64,000 nucleotides of DNA from NCBI RefSeq assembly GCF_058153355.1, contig NZ_CM177019.1; one strand, 5' to 3'. The position numbers and the translations under genes were made by a program. Shown piece by piece: positions 1-10,314 of the stretch. Under the pieces are notes generated by a model. That model was not told where the DNA came from, searched no databases, and saw only the letters and a program-made list of their open reading frames with translations. How positions within the stretch are numbered: position 1 is the stretch's first letter; the number at the start of each line of letters is the position of its first letter.

Positions 1-1651
1 AGAAGGTGGTAAAGAGTACAACACCGTCGATATGAGTCCGCAGCGCCTGTTTAATGATTATATGCCGCCGTACAAAGCGGGGCTGGACGCAGGCAGCGGC
101 GCGGTGATGGTGGCGCTGAACTCGCTGAACGGCACGCCAGCCACCTCCGACTCCTGGCTGCTGAAAGATGTTCTGCGCGACCAGTGGGGCTTTAAAGGCA
201 TCACCGTTTCCGATCACGGCGCAATCAAAGAGCTGATTAAACATGGCACGGCGGCAGACCCGGAAGATGCGGTGCGCGTGGCACTGAAATCGGGCATCAA
301 CATGAGTATGAGCGACGAGTATTACTCGAAGTATCTGCCTGGGTTGATCAAATCCGGCAAAGTGACGATGGAAGAGCTGGATGACGCTGCCCGTCATGTA
401 CTGAACGTGAAATATGATATGGGGTTGTTTAACGACCCGTACAGCCATCTCGGTCCGAAAGAGTCTGACCCGGTGGATACCAATGCCGAAAGCCGCCTGC
501 ACCGCAAAGAAGCGCGTGAAGTGGCACGCGAAAGCCTGGTGTTGCTGAAAAACCGTCTCGAAACGTTACCGCTGAAAAAATCAGCCACCATTGCGGTGGT
601 TGGGCCACTGGCGGACAGCAAACGTGACGTGATGGGCAGCTGGTCCGCAGCCGGTGTTGCCGATCAATCCGTGACCGTACTGACCGGGATTAAAAATGCC
701 GTCGGTGAAAACGGTAAAGTGCTGTACGCCAAAGGGGCGAACGTTACCAGTGACAAAGGCATTATCGATTTCCTGAATCAGTATGAAGAGGCGGTCAAAG
801 TCGATCCGCGTTCGCCCCAAGAGATGATTGATGAAGCGGTGCAAACCGCGAAACAATCTGATGTGGTGGTGGTTGTGGTCGGTGAAGCTCAGGGGATGGC
901 GCACGAGGCTTCCAGCCGTACCGATATTACTATTCCGCAAAGCCAACGTGACTTGATTGCGGCGCTGAAAGCCACCGGTAAACCGCTGGTGCTGGTGCTG
1001 ATGAACGGACGTCCACTGGCGCTGGTGAAAGAAGATCAGCAGGCTGATGCGATTCTGGAAACCTGGTTTGCGGGGACTGAAGGCGGTAATGCGATTGCCG
1101 ATGTGTTGTTTGGCGATTACAACCCGTCGGGCAAGCTGCCGATGTCCTTCCCGCGTTCTGTCGGGCAGATCCCGGTGTACTACAGCCATCTGAATACCGG
1201 TCGGCCGTATAATGCCGACAAGCCGAACAAATACACTTCGCGTTATTTTGATGAAGCTAACGGGGCGCTGTATCCGTTCGGCTATGGTCTGAGCTATACC
1301 ACCTTCACCGTCTCTGATGTGAAACTTTCTGCGCCGACCATGAAGCGTGACGGCAAAGTGACCGCCAGTGTGCAGGTGACGAACACCGGTAAGCGCGAAG
1401 GGGCGACGGTAGTGCAGATGTACTTGCAGGATGTGACGGCTTCCATGAGTCGCCCGGTGAAGCAGCTGAAAGGCTTTGAGAAAATCACCCTGAAACCGGG
1501 CGAAACTCAGACCGTCAGCTTCCCGATTGATATCGAGGCGCTGAAGTTCTGGAATCAACAGATGAAATATGACGTCGAGCCTGGCAAGTTCAATGTCTTT
1601 ATCGGCACTGATTCCGCACGCGTTAAGAAAGGCGAGTTTGAGTTGCTGTAA
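1..1651 (+). CDS. bglX: Periplasmic beta-glucosidase BglX (GH3), 3' portion; 5' end lies outside the window
   Basis: ORF 32..1651 stays open in-frame to the window start; translation matches BglX as I recall it. Confidence 0.9.
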   Translation, partial: EGGKEYNTVDMSPQRLFNDYMPPYKAGLDAGSGAVMVALNSLNGTPATSDSWLLKDVLRDQWGFKGITVSDHGAIKELIKHGTAADPEDAVRVALKSGINMSMSDEYYSKYLPGLIKSGKVTMEELDDAARHVLNVKYDMGLFNDPYSHLGPKESDPVDTNAESRLHRKEAREVARESLVLLKNRLETLPLKKSATIAVVGPLADSKRDVMGSWSAAGVADQSVTVLTGIKNAVGENGKVLYAKGANVTSDKGIIDFLNQYEEAVKVDPRSPQEMIDEAVQTAKQSDVVVVVVGEAQGMAHEASSRTDITIPQSQRDLIAALKATGKPLVLVLMNGRPLALVKEDQQADAILETWFAGTEGGNAIADVLFGDYNPSGKLPMSFPRSVGQIPVYYSHLNTGRPYNADKPNKYTSRYFDEANGALYPFGYGLSYTTFTVSDVKLSAPTMKRDGKVTASVQVTNTGKREGATVVQMYLQDVTASMSRPVKQLKGFEKITLKPGETQTVSFPIDIEALKFWNQQMKYDVEPGKFNVFIGTDSARVKKGEFELL

Positions 1652-1684
1652 TGCTTTAGTAAGGGCGCGACGTCTGCGCCCTTT

Positions 1685-1784
<100 letters not shown>

Positions 1785-1923
1785 AACGCCGGGCAAAATA
1801 TGCCCTTTAAGTATTTATCTGATTCTGCAACTGAATCCTTCCGCTCAGGCTAACCCCGCCATTATCAACTATGCTTTTCTCTTAATTCGCTGAAAACAAC
1901 AGTAAAAGAATGAGGAAAGCATC

Positions 1924-2841
1924 ATGCCACTCTCAAAGCTCTGGGCAGGTTCACTGGTTTTGTTGGCAGCCGTGAGCCTGCCGCTACAGGCGGCTTCCCC
2001 CGTTAAAGTCGGTTCGAAAATCGATACCGAAGGCGCGCTACTCGGCAACATTATTTTGCAAGTGCTGGAAAGCCACGGCGTACCGACGGTGAATAAAGTC
2101 CAGTTGGGAACCACGCCGGTGGTGCGCGGGGCGATTACTTCCGGTGAACTGGATATCTATCCGGAATATACCGGCAATGGCGCGTTTTTCTTTAAAGATG
2201 AAAACGATGCGGCGTGGAAAAATGCCGGGCAAGGCTACGAGAAAGTCAAAAAGCTCGATGCAGAACAAAACAAGTTAATCTGGCTGACGCCTGCGCCTGC
2301 AAATAACACCTGGACCATCGCCGTGCGTCAGGATGTTGCAGAGAAAAACAAACTCACTTCGCTTGCCGACCTGAGTCGTTATCTGAAAGACGGTGGCACC
2401 TTCAAACTGGCGGCCTCAGCAGAGTTTATCGAACGCGCCGATGCCTTACCCGCTTTTGAAAAAGCCTATGGCTTTAAGCTCAGTCAGGATCAGTTGCTGT
2501 CACTGGCCGGTGGCGACACTGCGGTGACAATCAAAGCTGCTGCCCAGCAAACATCCGGCGTTAATGCGGCGATGGCTTACGGCACCGACGGCCCGGTCGC
2601 GGCGCTGGGGCTGCAAACCTTAAGCGATCCGCAAGGCGTGCAACCTATCTACGCGCCTGCACCAGTGGTGCGTGAATCGGTGTTGAAGGAGTATCCGCAA
2701 ATGGCACAGTGGCTACAGCCAGTCTTCGCCAGCCTCGATGCAAAAACATTGCAGCAACTGAATGCCAGCATTGCTGTGGAAGGACTGGATGCCAAAAAAG
2801 TGGCTGCCGACTACCTGAAACAAAAAGGGTGGACGAAGTAA
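1924..2841 (+). CDS. osmF: Glycine betaine ABC transporter periplasmic binding protein OsmF (YehZ)
   Basis: 305 aa ORF with signal peptide; first gene of the osmF-yehYXW block. Confidence 0.9.
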   Translation: MPLSKLWAGSLVLLAAVSLPLQAASPVKVGSKIDTEGALLGNIILQVLESHGVPTVNKVQLGTTPVVRGAITSGELDIYPEYTGNGAFFFKDENDAAWKNAGQGYEKVKKLDAEQNKLIWLTPAPANNTWTIAVRQDVAEKNKLTSLADLSRYLKDGGTFKLAASAEFIERADALPAFEKAYGFKLSQDQLLSLAGGDTAVTIKAAAQQTSGVNAAMAYGTDGPVAALGLQTLSDPQGVQPIYAPAPVVRESVLKEYPQMAQWLQPVFASLDAKTLQQLNASIAVEGLDAKKVAADYLKQKGWTK

Positions 2842-2847
2842 TTTCCC

Positions 2848-4005
2848 GTGACTTATTTCCGTATTAATCCTGTTCTGGCGCTGCTGCTGTTGCTGACGGC
2901 AATCGCAGCGGCGCTGCCGTTTATCAGTTACGCGCCTAATCGTTTAGTCTCGGGTGAGGGGCGTCATCTCTGGCAGCTGTGGCCGCAAACGATCTGGATG
3001 CTGGTGGGCGTTGGTTGCGCCTGGCTGACCGCCTGTTTTATTCCCGGTAAAAAAGGCAGCATTTTTGCACTCATTCTGGCGCAATTCGTCTTCATATTGC
3101 TGGTGTGGGGCGCGGGAAAGGCGGCGACACAACTGGCGCAAAATGGCAGTGCGCTGGCGCGTACCAGCCTCGGCAGTGGTTTCTGGCTGGCTGCGGCGCT
3201 GGCATTGCTGGCCTGTAGCGATGCCATCCGCCGAATCTCCACGCATCCGCTGTGGCGCTGGTTGTTGCATATGCAGATTGCCATTATTCCGCTGTGGTTG
3301 CTGTACTCCGGTACGCTTAACGATCTTTCGCTAATGAAAGAATACGCCAACCGTCAGGATGTGTTTAATGACGCGCTGGCGCAACATCTGACGTTGCTGT
3401 TTGGTGCGGTGCTGCCTGCGTTAGTGATTGGTGTGCCGCTGGGCGTCTGGTGCTACTTTTCCACTGCGCGGCAGGGGGCGATTTTTTCTCTGCTGAATGT
3501 CATTCAGACCGTGCCTTCGGTGGCGCTCTTTGGCCTGTTGATTGCGCCGCTTGCCGCGCTGGTTACGGCCTTTCCGTGGCTGGGTAAGCTCGGCATAGCA
3601 GGAACCGGAATGACACCCGCACTGATTGCGCTGGTGCTCTATGCCTTGCTGCCGCTGGTGCGCGGTGTGGTAGTCGGCTTGAACCAGATCCCGCACGATG
3701 TGCTGGAGAGCGCCACAGCGATGGGCTTGAACGGAGCACAGCGATTCCTGCATGTGCAGCTACCGCTGGCGTTACCGGTATTTCTGCGCAGCCTGCGGGT
3801 GGTGATGGTGCAAACCGTCGGCATGGCGGTGATTGCGGCATTAATCGGCGCAGGTGGTTTTGGTGCGCTGGTTTTCCAGGGGCTGCTAAGCAGTGCCATT
3901 GATTTAGTGTTGCTGGGGGTGATCCCGGTAATCGTACTGGCGGTGCTGATCGACGCACTGTTCGATCTGGTTATCGCACTGCTGAAGGTGAAACGTAATG
4001 ATTGA
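2848..4005 (+). CDS. yehY: ABC transporter permease YehY
   Basis: 385 aa hydrophobic multi-TM ORF, GTG start 7 bp after osmF. Confidence 0.85.
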   Translation: MTYFRINPVLALLLLLTAIAAALPFISYAPNRLVSGEGRHLWQLWPQTIWMLVGVGCAWLTACFIPGKKGSIFALILAQFVFILLVWGAGKAATQLAQNGSALARTSLGSGFWLAAALALLACSDAIRRISTHPLWRWLLHMQIAIIPLWLLYSGTLNDLSLMKEYANRQDVFNDALAQHLTLLFGAVLPALVIGVPLGVWCYFSTARQGAIFSLLNVIQTVPSVALFGLLIAPLAALVTAFPWLGKLGIAGTGMTPALIALVLYALLPLVRGVVVGLNQIPHDVLESATAMGLNGAQRFLHVQLPLALPVFLRSLRVVMVQTVGMAVIAALIGAGGFGALVFQGLLSSAIDLVLLGVIPVIVLAVLIDALFDLVIALLKVKRND

Positions 4006-4924
4006 ATTTAGCCATGTCAGCAAACTGTTCGGCACACAAAAAGCCGTTAACGATCTCAATCTCAATTTTCAGGAAGGGAGTTTTTCGGTGCTGATTGGTA
4101 CATCAGGCTCCGGTAAATCCACCACATTGAAAATGATCAACCGTCTGGTAGAGCATGACAGCGGAGTGATCCGCTTTGCCGGAGAAGAAATTCGCTCGCT
4201 GCCAGTGCTGGAGTTACGCCGCCGGATGGGCTATGCCATTCAATCTATTGGCCTGTTTCCCCACTGGAGCGTGGCGCAAAACATTGCTACTGTGCCGCAA
4301 TTACAAAAATGGTCGCGGGCGCGGATCGACGACCGTATCGACGAATTAATGGCGCTACTGGGGCTGGAGCCGAATTTGCGTGAGCGTTATCCGCATCAGC
4401 TTTCCGGCGGTCAGCAGCAACGTGTGGGAGTGGCCCGCGCACTGGCTGCCGATCCGCAAGTCTTACTGATGGATGAACCCTTTGGCGCACTGGACCCGGT
4501 AACGCGCGGCGCGTTGCAACAAGAGATGACGCGTATTCACCGTTTGTTAGGGCGCACCATTGTGCTGGTCACTCATGATATTGATGAGGCGCTACGGCTG
4601 GCAGAACATCTGGTATTGATGGATCACGGTGAAGTGGTGCAGCAGGGCAATCCGCTGACGATGCTGACTCGTCCGGCGAATGAATTTGTCCGCCAGTTTT
4701 TTGGCCGTAGTGAACTGGGTGTGCGCCTGCTTTCGTTACGTAGCGTGGCGGATTATGTGCGCCGCGAAGAGCGGGCTGAAGGTGAGGCGCTGGCAGAAGA
4801 AATGACGCTACGCGATGCGCTCTCCCTGTTTGTCGCGCGGGGATGCGAAGTGCTGCCGGTGGTGAACACGCAGGGCCAGCCTTGCGGTACGCTGCATTTT
4901 CAGGATCTGCTGGTGGAGGCGTAA
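3998..4924 (+). CDS. yehX: ABC transporter ATP-binding protein YehX
   Basis: Walker [13 protein letters not shown] signature LSGGQQQR, Walker B LLMDEP; 8-bp overlap with yehY. Confidence 0.9.
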   Translation: MIEFSHVSKLFGTQKAVNDLNLNFQEGSFSVLIGTSGSGKSTTLKMINRLVEHDSGVIRFAGEEIRSLPVLELRRRMGYAIQSIGLFPHWSVAQNIATVPQLQKWSRARIDDRIDELMALLGLEPNLRERYPHQLSGGQQQRVGVARALAADPQVLLMDEPFGALDPVTRGALQQEMTRIHRLLGRTIVLVTHDIDEALRLAEHLVLMDHGEVVQQGNPLTMLTRPANEFVRQFFGRSELGVRLLSLRSVADYVRREERAEGEALAEEMTLRDALSLFVARGCEVLPVVNTQGQPCGTLHFQDLLVEA

Positions 4925-4928
4925 GCGT

Positions 4929-5660
4929 ATGAAGATGTTGCGCGATCCGCTGTTCTGGCTCATTGCTCTGTTTGTGGCGCTGATTTTCTGGCTGCCTTAC
5001 AGCCAGCCGCTGTTTTCTGCCTTGTTCCCACAACTGCCACGACCCGTTTATCAGCAAGAAAGTTTTGCCGTCCTGGCGCTGGCCCATTTCTGGCTGGTGG
5101 GAATTTCGAGTTTGTTTGCTGTGATCATTGGCGTTGGTGCCGGAATTGCCGTCACTCGACCGTGGGGTGCGGAATTTCGCCCACTGGTAGAAACTATCGC
5201 TGCCGTTGGGCAGACTTTTCCGCCCGTCGCGGTGCTGGCGATTGCTGTTCCGGTGATGGGGTTTGGTCTGCAACCGGCGATTATCGCCTTGATCCTGTAC
5301 GGTGTGCTGCCCGTCCTGCAGGCGACACTTGCCGGGCTGGGATCGATTGATGCCAGCGTGACAGAAGTTGCTAAAGGTATGGGAATGAGCCGTGGTCAGC
5401 AACTGCGTAAGGTCGAGCTACCGCTGGCGGCTCCGGTGATTCTGGCGGGCGTGCGAACTTCGGTGATTATCAACATTGGTACGGCGACGATCGCCTCAAC
5501 GGTAGGGGCCAGCACGCTGGGTACGCCCATCATCATCGGGCTTAGCGGATTTAATACCGCGTATGTGATCCAGGGGGCGTTACTGGTGGCACTGGCGGCG
5601 ATCATCGCAGACCGCCTGTTTGAAAGGCTGGTGCAGGCGCTTAGCCAGCACGCAAAATAA
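4929..5660 (+). CDS. yehW: ABC transporter permease YehW
   Basis: 243 aa hydrophobic ORF 4 bp after yehX. Confidence 0.85.
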
Positions 5661-5748
5661 AGGTATAACCTGCGAGCATGACGCCACCAATTCCGCCTAA
5701 CGCCATAAACAGGAACAGGGCGATGACCCCAATTTTAGCTATGCGCAT
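5641..5748 (-). CDS. yohO: Small membrane protein YohO (35 aa, [35 protein letters not shown])
   Basis: Below the 60-aa ORF-track cutoff; AGGAG Shine-Dalgarno upstream; single hydrophobic helix; overlaps the 3' end of yehW on the opposite strand. Confidence 0.65.
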
Positions 5749-5807
5749 AATGCACTCCTTATGTTAACGAAAGGATTGTACAGTAAAGCGCATTTGTTAA
5801 CGAATCA

Positions 5808-6539
5808 TTAAATGCCGAGTGGGAAAATATCATGGCCTTGTTCCTGCCAACTGGTAAGTTGCTGCTGTTGGGCAGAGGTTCGATTTTCACCGCACCACAC
5901 CAGCAATGTACGGCCTTCGAACAGTTCAGGGCGTAGTTGATTGAGCGAGTGGGCGAGGACATCAATGCGCCAGCCCTGTTGACTGGCAATCCAGCCCTCT
6001 AGCCACAGACGGGTGGTATCCTGAATATTCCAGCCAACCACCAGCGCATCTTTACCCTGTTTTTTACGTGCCGAAGCCAGACAAATGGCGATGTAGTTGA
6101 TCAGTACGCCGTCGAGGATCGCCAGCAGCGCCTGGAGAGTCGGTTGTTGGCACTGAAGTCGTCGGCGCAGAGGAATAAACAGGTGCGTGGTGAGTGTCTG
6201 GGCGGGGTAATCCTGACCGCGCTCTTTGATCCACGTTCGCAGGCTATGCAGATTGCCGCTTTGCAGGTAAGTCAGTAATGTTTCTTGCTGATCGCGCCAG
6301 CCGTTCTGCACATCAACATTTTCATTACTGAGCAGCATTTTAACTTTGCTGACCTGCACGCCGTTGTCGATCCAGCGTTTGATCTCGCGGATCCGGTCAA
6401 TATCGGCATCATTGAACAGCCGATGACCGCCGTCTGTCCGTTGCGGTTTCAGCAATCCGTAACGCCTCTGCCACGCGCGTAACGTGACAGGGTTAATATC
6501 ACAAAGCAACGCCACTTCACCAATTGTGTAAAGCGCCAT
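5808..6539 (-). CDS. mlrA: MerR-family transcriptional regulator MlrA (curli/csgD regulator)
   Basis: 243 aa, N-terminal MerR-type HTH (YTIGEVALLCDINPVTLRAWQRRYGLL). Confidence 0.9.
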   Translation of the reverse strand: MALYTIGEVALLCDINPVTLRAWQRRYGLLKPQRTDGGHRLFNDADIDRIREIKRWIDNGVQVSKVKMLLSNENVDVQNGWRDQQETLLTYLQSGNLHSLRTWIKERGQDYPAQTLTTHLFIPLRRRLQCQQPTLQALLAILDGVLINYIAICLASARKKQGKDALVVGWNIQDTTRLWLEGWIASQQGWRIDVLAHSLNQLRPELFEGRTLLVWCGENRTSAQQQQLTSWQEQGHDIFPLGI

Positions 6540-6760
6540 CGTCTCACCCTTGCTCGCGAGGTCCCAGTTTAACTTTAGACGCAGTTTTGCGAACCAGGTA
6601 GTTTTGCCCGTTTTTTGTTCATCTATAGGGTGATTTTATTTTTGCCAGGCGATTTTGAGTGATCGTACTCACGAATTCTCATTTTTTTGCAAGAGTTCAA
6701 AGAAAGTTAAACGCAGGCAATGTATGTTACGCGTTTTAAAGGGAAGTGTGGTTTGCGGGT

Positions 6761-8446
6761 ATGTACGATTTTAATCTGGTGTTGCTGCTGCTTCAGCAGA
6801 TGTGCGTTTTTTTAGTCATTGCGTGGTTAATGAGTAAAACGCCATTATTCATACCGTTAATGCAGGTCACGGTTCGTCTGCCGCATAAATTTCTCTGCTA
6901 CATCGTCTTTTCCATCTTCTGCATCATGGGCACTTGGTTTGGGCTGCACATTGACGATTCTATTGCCAATACCCGTGCGATTGGTGCGGTAATGGGCGGC
7001 TTACTCGGCGGTCCGGTCGTCGGTGGGCTGGTTGGTCTGACCGGCGGGTTACATCGATATTCGATGGGGGGCATGACCGCGCTAAGTTGCATGATCTCGA
7101 CCATCGTTGAAGGATTGCTCGGCGGCCTGGTACACAGCATCCTGATCCGTCGCGGGCGCACTGATAAAGTCTTTAACCCCATTACCGCCGGTGCCGTCAC
7201 GTTCGTCGCTGAAATGGTGCAAATGTTGATCATCCTGGCGATCGCCCGACCTTATGAAGATGCGGTGCGTCTGGTGAGTAATATTGCTGCGCCAATGATG
7301 GTCACCAATACCGTCGGCGCGGCGCTGTTTATGCGTATATTGCTCGATAAACGCGCGATGTTTGAAAAATACACTTCGGCTTTTTCTGCTACTGCGCTGA
7401 AAGTGGCTGCCTCGACGGAAGGCATTTTGCGCCAGGGGTTTAACGAAGTGAACAGCATGAAAGTGGCACAGGTGCTGTATCAGGAGCTGGATATTGGTGC
7501 AGTCGCGATTACCGATCGAGAGAAATTGCTGGCCTTTACCGGAATTGGTGACGACCACCATTTACCTGGTAAACCGATTTCTTCGACTTACACCTTAAAA
7601 GCGATTGAAACCGGTGAAGTGGTCTACGCCGATGGCAACGAAGTGCCTTACCGTTGCTCGTTGCATCCGCAATGCAAACTGGGTTCGACGCTGGTGATTC
7701 CGTTGCGTGGTGAAAATCAGCGGGTGATGGGCACCATCAAATTGTATGAAGCCAAAAACCGTTTGTTCAGTTCAATCAATCGCACGCTGGGCGAGGGGAT
7801 TGCGCAACTGCTTTCGGCGCAGATCCTCGCCGGGCAATATGAGCGGCAAAAAGCGATGCTCACCCAGTCAGAGATCAAACTGCTTCACGCTCAGGTGAAC
7901 CCCCATTTTTTGTTTAATGCGCTTAACACCATTAAAGCGGTGATCCGCCGCGACAGCGAACAGGCCAGCCAGCTGGTGCAGTATCTTTCCACTTTTTTCC
8001 GCAAAAACTTAAAGCGGCCTTCGGAGTTTGTTACTCTCGCCGACGAAATTGAACATGTGAACGCTTATCTGCAAATTGAAAAGGCGCGCTTCCAGTCGCG
8101 GTTGCAGGTCAGCATTGCTATTCCGCAAGAATTATCCCAGCAGCAATTGCCCGCGTTTACCCTGCAACCGATTGTGGAAAACGCCATTAAACATGGGACA
8201 TCACAACTGCTGGATACAGGGCGAGTAGCAATCAGCGCCCGACGTGAGGGGCAACATTTGATGCTGGAGATCGAAGACAATGCTGGCTTGTATCAACCGG
8301 TAACCAATGCCAGCGGGCTGGGGATGAATCTGGTGGATAAGCGTTTACGTGAACGGTTTGGCGATGACTATGGGATAAGCGTCGCCTGTGAACCTGATAA
8401 TTACACCCGAATAACGTTACGACTGCCATGGAGGGACGAGGCATGA
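6761..8446 (+). CDS. btsS: LytS-type sensor histidine kinase BtsS (YehU)
   Basis: 561 aa from ATG 6761 (ORF track starts 15 bp upstream at GTG); multi-TM N-terminus and histidine kinase C-terminus. Confidence 0.9.
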   Translation: MYDFNLVLLLLQQMCVFLVIAWLMSKTPLFIPLMQVTVRLPHKFLCYIVFSIFCIMGTWFGLHIDDSIANTRAIGAVMGGLLGGPVVGGLVGLTGGLHRYSMGGMTALSCMISTIVEGLLGGLVHSILIRRGRTDKVFNPITAGAVTFVAEMVQMLIILAIARPYEDAVRLVSNIAAPMMVTNTVGAALFMRILLDKRAMFEKYTSAFSATALKVAASTEGILRQGFNEVNSMKVAQVLYQELDIGAVAITDREKLLAFTGIGDDHHLPGKPISSTYTLKAIETGEVVYADGNEVPYRCSLHPQCKLGSTLVIPLRGENQRVMGTIKLYEAKNRLFSSINRTLGEGIAQLLSAQILAGQYERQKAMLTQSEIKLLHAQVNPHFLFNALNTIKAVIRRDSEQASQLVQYLSTFFRKNLKRPSEFVTLADEIEHVNAYLQIEKARFQSRLQVSIAIPQELSQQQLPAFTLQPIVENAIKHGTSQLLDTGRVAISARREGQHLMLEIEDNAGLYQPVTNASGLGMNLVDKRLRERFGDDYGISVACEPDNYTRITLRLPWRDEA

Positions 8447-9162
8447 TTAAAGTCTTAATTGTCGATGACGAACCGTTAGCACGGGAGAACCTGCGCGTAT
8501 TTTTGCAGGAGCAGAGTGATATTGAAATTGTCGGCGAGTGTTCAAACGCTGTAGAAGGGATCGGCGCGGTGCATAAACTGCGCCCGGACGTGCTGTTCCT
8601 CGATATCCAGATGCCGCGCATCAGTGGTCTGGAAATGGTGGGAATGCTCGACCCGGAACATCGTCCGTATATCGTTTTTCTCACCGCGTTTGACGAATAC
8701 GCCATTAAAGCCTTTGAAGAACATGCATTTGATTATCTCCTGAAGCCAATTGATGAAGCGCGGCTGGAGAAAACGCTGGCGCGTTTGCGTCAGGAGCGCA
8801 GCAAGCAGGATGTTTCGCTGTTACCGGAAAATCAACAGGCGCTGAAATTTATCCCTTGTACGGGGCATAGTCGGATTTATTTGCTGCAAATGAGAGATGT
8901 AGCATTTGTCAGCAGTCGGATGAGCGGTGTCTACGTTACCAGCCACGAAGGGAAAGAAGGTTTTACCGAACTGACTTTGCGCACCCTGGAGAGCCGTACA
9001 CCACTACTGCGCTGCCATCGTCAGTACCTGGTTAACCTCGCGCATTTACAGGAGATTCGTCTGGAAGATAACGGCCAGGCCGAGTTGATTTTACGTAATG
9101 GCTTAACTGTTCCGGTCAGCCGCCGCTATCTGAAAAGTTTAAAAGAGGCGATTGGCCTGTAA
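8443..9162 (+). CDS. btsR: LytTR-family response regulator BtsR (YehT)
   Basis: 239 aa from [17 protein letters not shown]; ATGA overlap with the btsS stop. Confidence 0.9.
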   Translation: MIKVLIVDDEPLARENLRVFLQEQSDIEIVGECSNAVEGIGAVHKLRPDVLFLDIQMPRISGLEMVGMLDPEHRPYIVFLTAFDEYAIKAFEEHAFDYLLKPIDEARLEKTLARLRQERSKQDVSLLPENQQALKFIPCTGHSRIYLLQMRDVAFVSSRMSGVYVTSHEGKEGFTELTLRTLESRTPLLRCHRQYLVNLAHLQEIRLEDNGQAELILRNGLTVPVSRRYLKSLKEAIGL

Positions 9163-9208
9163 AAGACTGCTAAAATGGTTTTTTGCCTCATCAACACCTG
9201 AAGGCCTC

Positions 9209-9679
9209 ATGCTAAGTAACGATATTCTGCGCAGCGTGCGCTACATTTTGAAAGCCAATAATAACGACTTGGTGCGCATTCTGGCGCTGGGTAATGTCGA
9301 AGCCACTGCGGAACAGATCGCCGTCTGGCTACGCAAAGAAGACGAAGAAGGGTTTCAGCGTTGTCCGGACATTGTTCTGTCTTCATTCCTGAATGGCCTG
9401 ATTTATGAAAAACGTGGCAAGGATGAGTCAGCTCCGGCACTGGAGCCGGAACGTCGCATTAATAACAACATCGTGCTGAAAAAATTACGTATCGCGTTTT
9501 CGCTGAAAACTGATGATATTCTGGCGATCCTTACCGAACAGCAGTTCCGCGTTTCGATGCCGGAAATTACGGCGATGATGCGTGCACCGGATCATAAAAA
9601 CTTTCGTGAATGCGGCGATCAATTCATGCGTTATTTTCTGCGTGGGCTGGCAGCGCGCCAGCATGTGAAGAAAAGCTAA
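9209..9679 (+). CDS. yehS: DUF1456 protein YehS
   Basis: 156 aa from MLSNDILRSV; ORF track starts further upstream. Confidence 0.8.
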   Translation: MLSNDILRSVRYILKANNNDLVRILALGNVEATAEQIAVWLRKEDEEGFQRCPDIVLSSFLNGLIYEKRGKDESAPALEPERRINNNIVLKKLRIAFSLKTDDILAILTEQQFRVSMPEITAMMRAPDHKNFRECGDQFMRYFLRGLAARQHVKKS

Positions 9680-9686
9680 GACGGGT

Positions 9687-9718
9687 ATGGCGGCCATGCG
9701 AAGAACATGGCCGCCGAC
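9687..9718. terminator. Bidirectional hairpin between convergent yehS and yehR
   Basis: Stem atggcggccatg / catggccgccga with loop cgaagaa. Confidence 0.5.
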
Positions 9719-9721
9719 AGA

Positions 9722-10183
9722 TTATTTCACTTCTTTAAAACCAGCGGCTTTCATCACCAGTTCCATTTGCGCCATAGTGATACCTTTTTTGGCATCTTCA
9801 GCAGAAACGTTGATACCTGAAATACCCTGCAGGGCTTTAAAATCAACTTTTTCCATATCGATAGTCACGTTTTCCTGAGCATAAGTATCGGTAAAGGTTA
9901 ATTTTTCTTCAACGCCAGGGATGTTTTTATATTTGGCACTTAACGGCTCAAGTGTCTTGGCAGCATCTTCTTTGGTGGTTGCACCAATGGAAGCAAATTG
10001 AATTTTGGTTTCAGAAGATTGCTTAAGAACCTTGTCACCTTTGTAGACATAGGTAATAGCAATTTCAGTACCGTTCAGATTAGCGCTAAATTTCTTCGAT
10101 TCTTCTTTGTCACCGCAGCCAGCAAGAGAGAAAACCAGAACAGATGCAACAACAAGGGAAAACAGCTTATTGAAAGCCTTCAT
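9722..10183 (-). CDS. yehR: Lipoprotein YehR (DUF1307)
   Basis: 153 aa from MKAFNKLFSLVVASVLVFSLAGC; lipobox LAGC. Confidence 0.85.
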   Translation of the reverse strand: MKAFNKLFSLVVASVLVFSLAGCGDKEESKKFSANLNGTEIAITYVYKGDKVLKQSSETKIQFASIGATTKEDAAKTLEPLSAKYKNIPGVEEKLTFTDTYAQENVTIDMEKVDFKALQGISGINVSAEDAKKGITMAQMELVMKAAGFKEVK

Positions 10184-10314
10184 GTAAAACTCCATTTTAT
10201 TTAATCAAGGAACTGGTGACCACACCAGGGGCCATATAGGATATGCCTAATACCTTGGCGTGAGCAGTCCGGAACTGGAGTAGAACTCTTTGTAAAAAGC
10301 ACTATTTGTCCTTG

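Noticed and set aside
581-1558. 325-aa minus-strand ORF inside bglX
   Set aside because: Entirely antisense to a well-supported GH3 coding region; no ribosome-binding site; typical shadow ORF.
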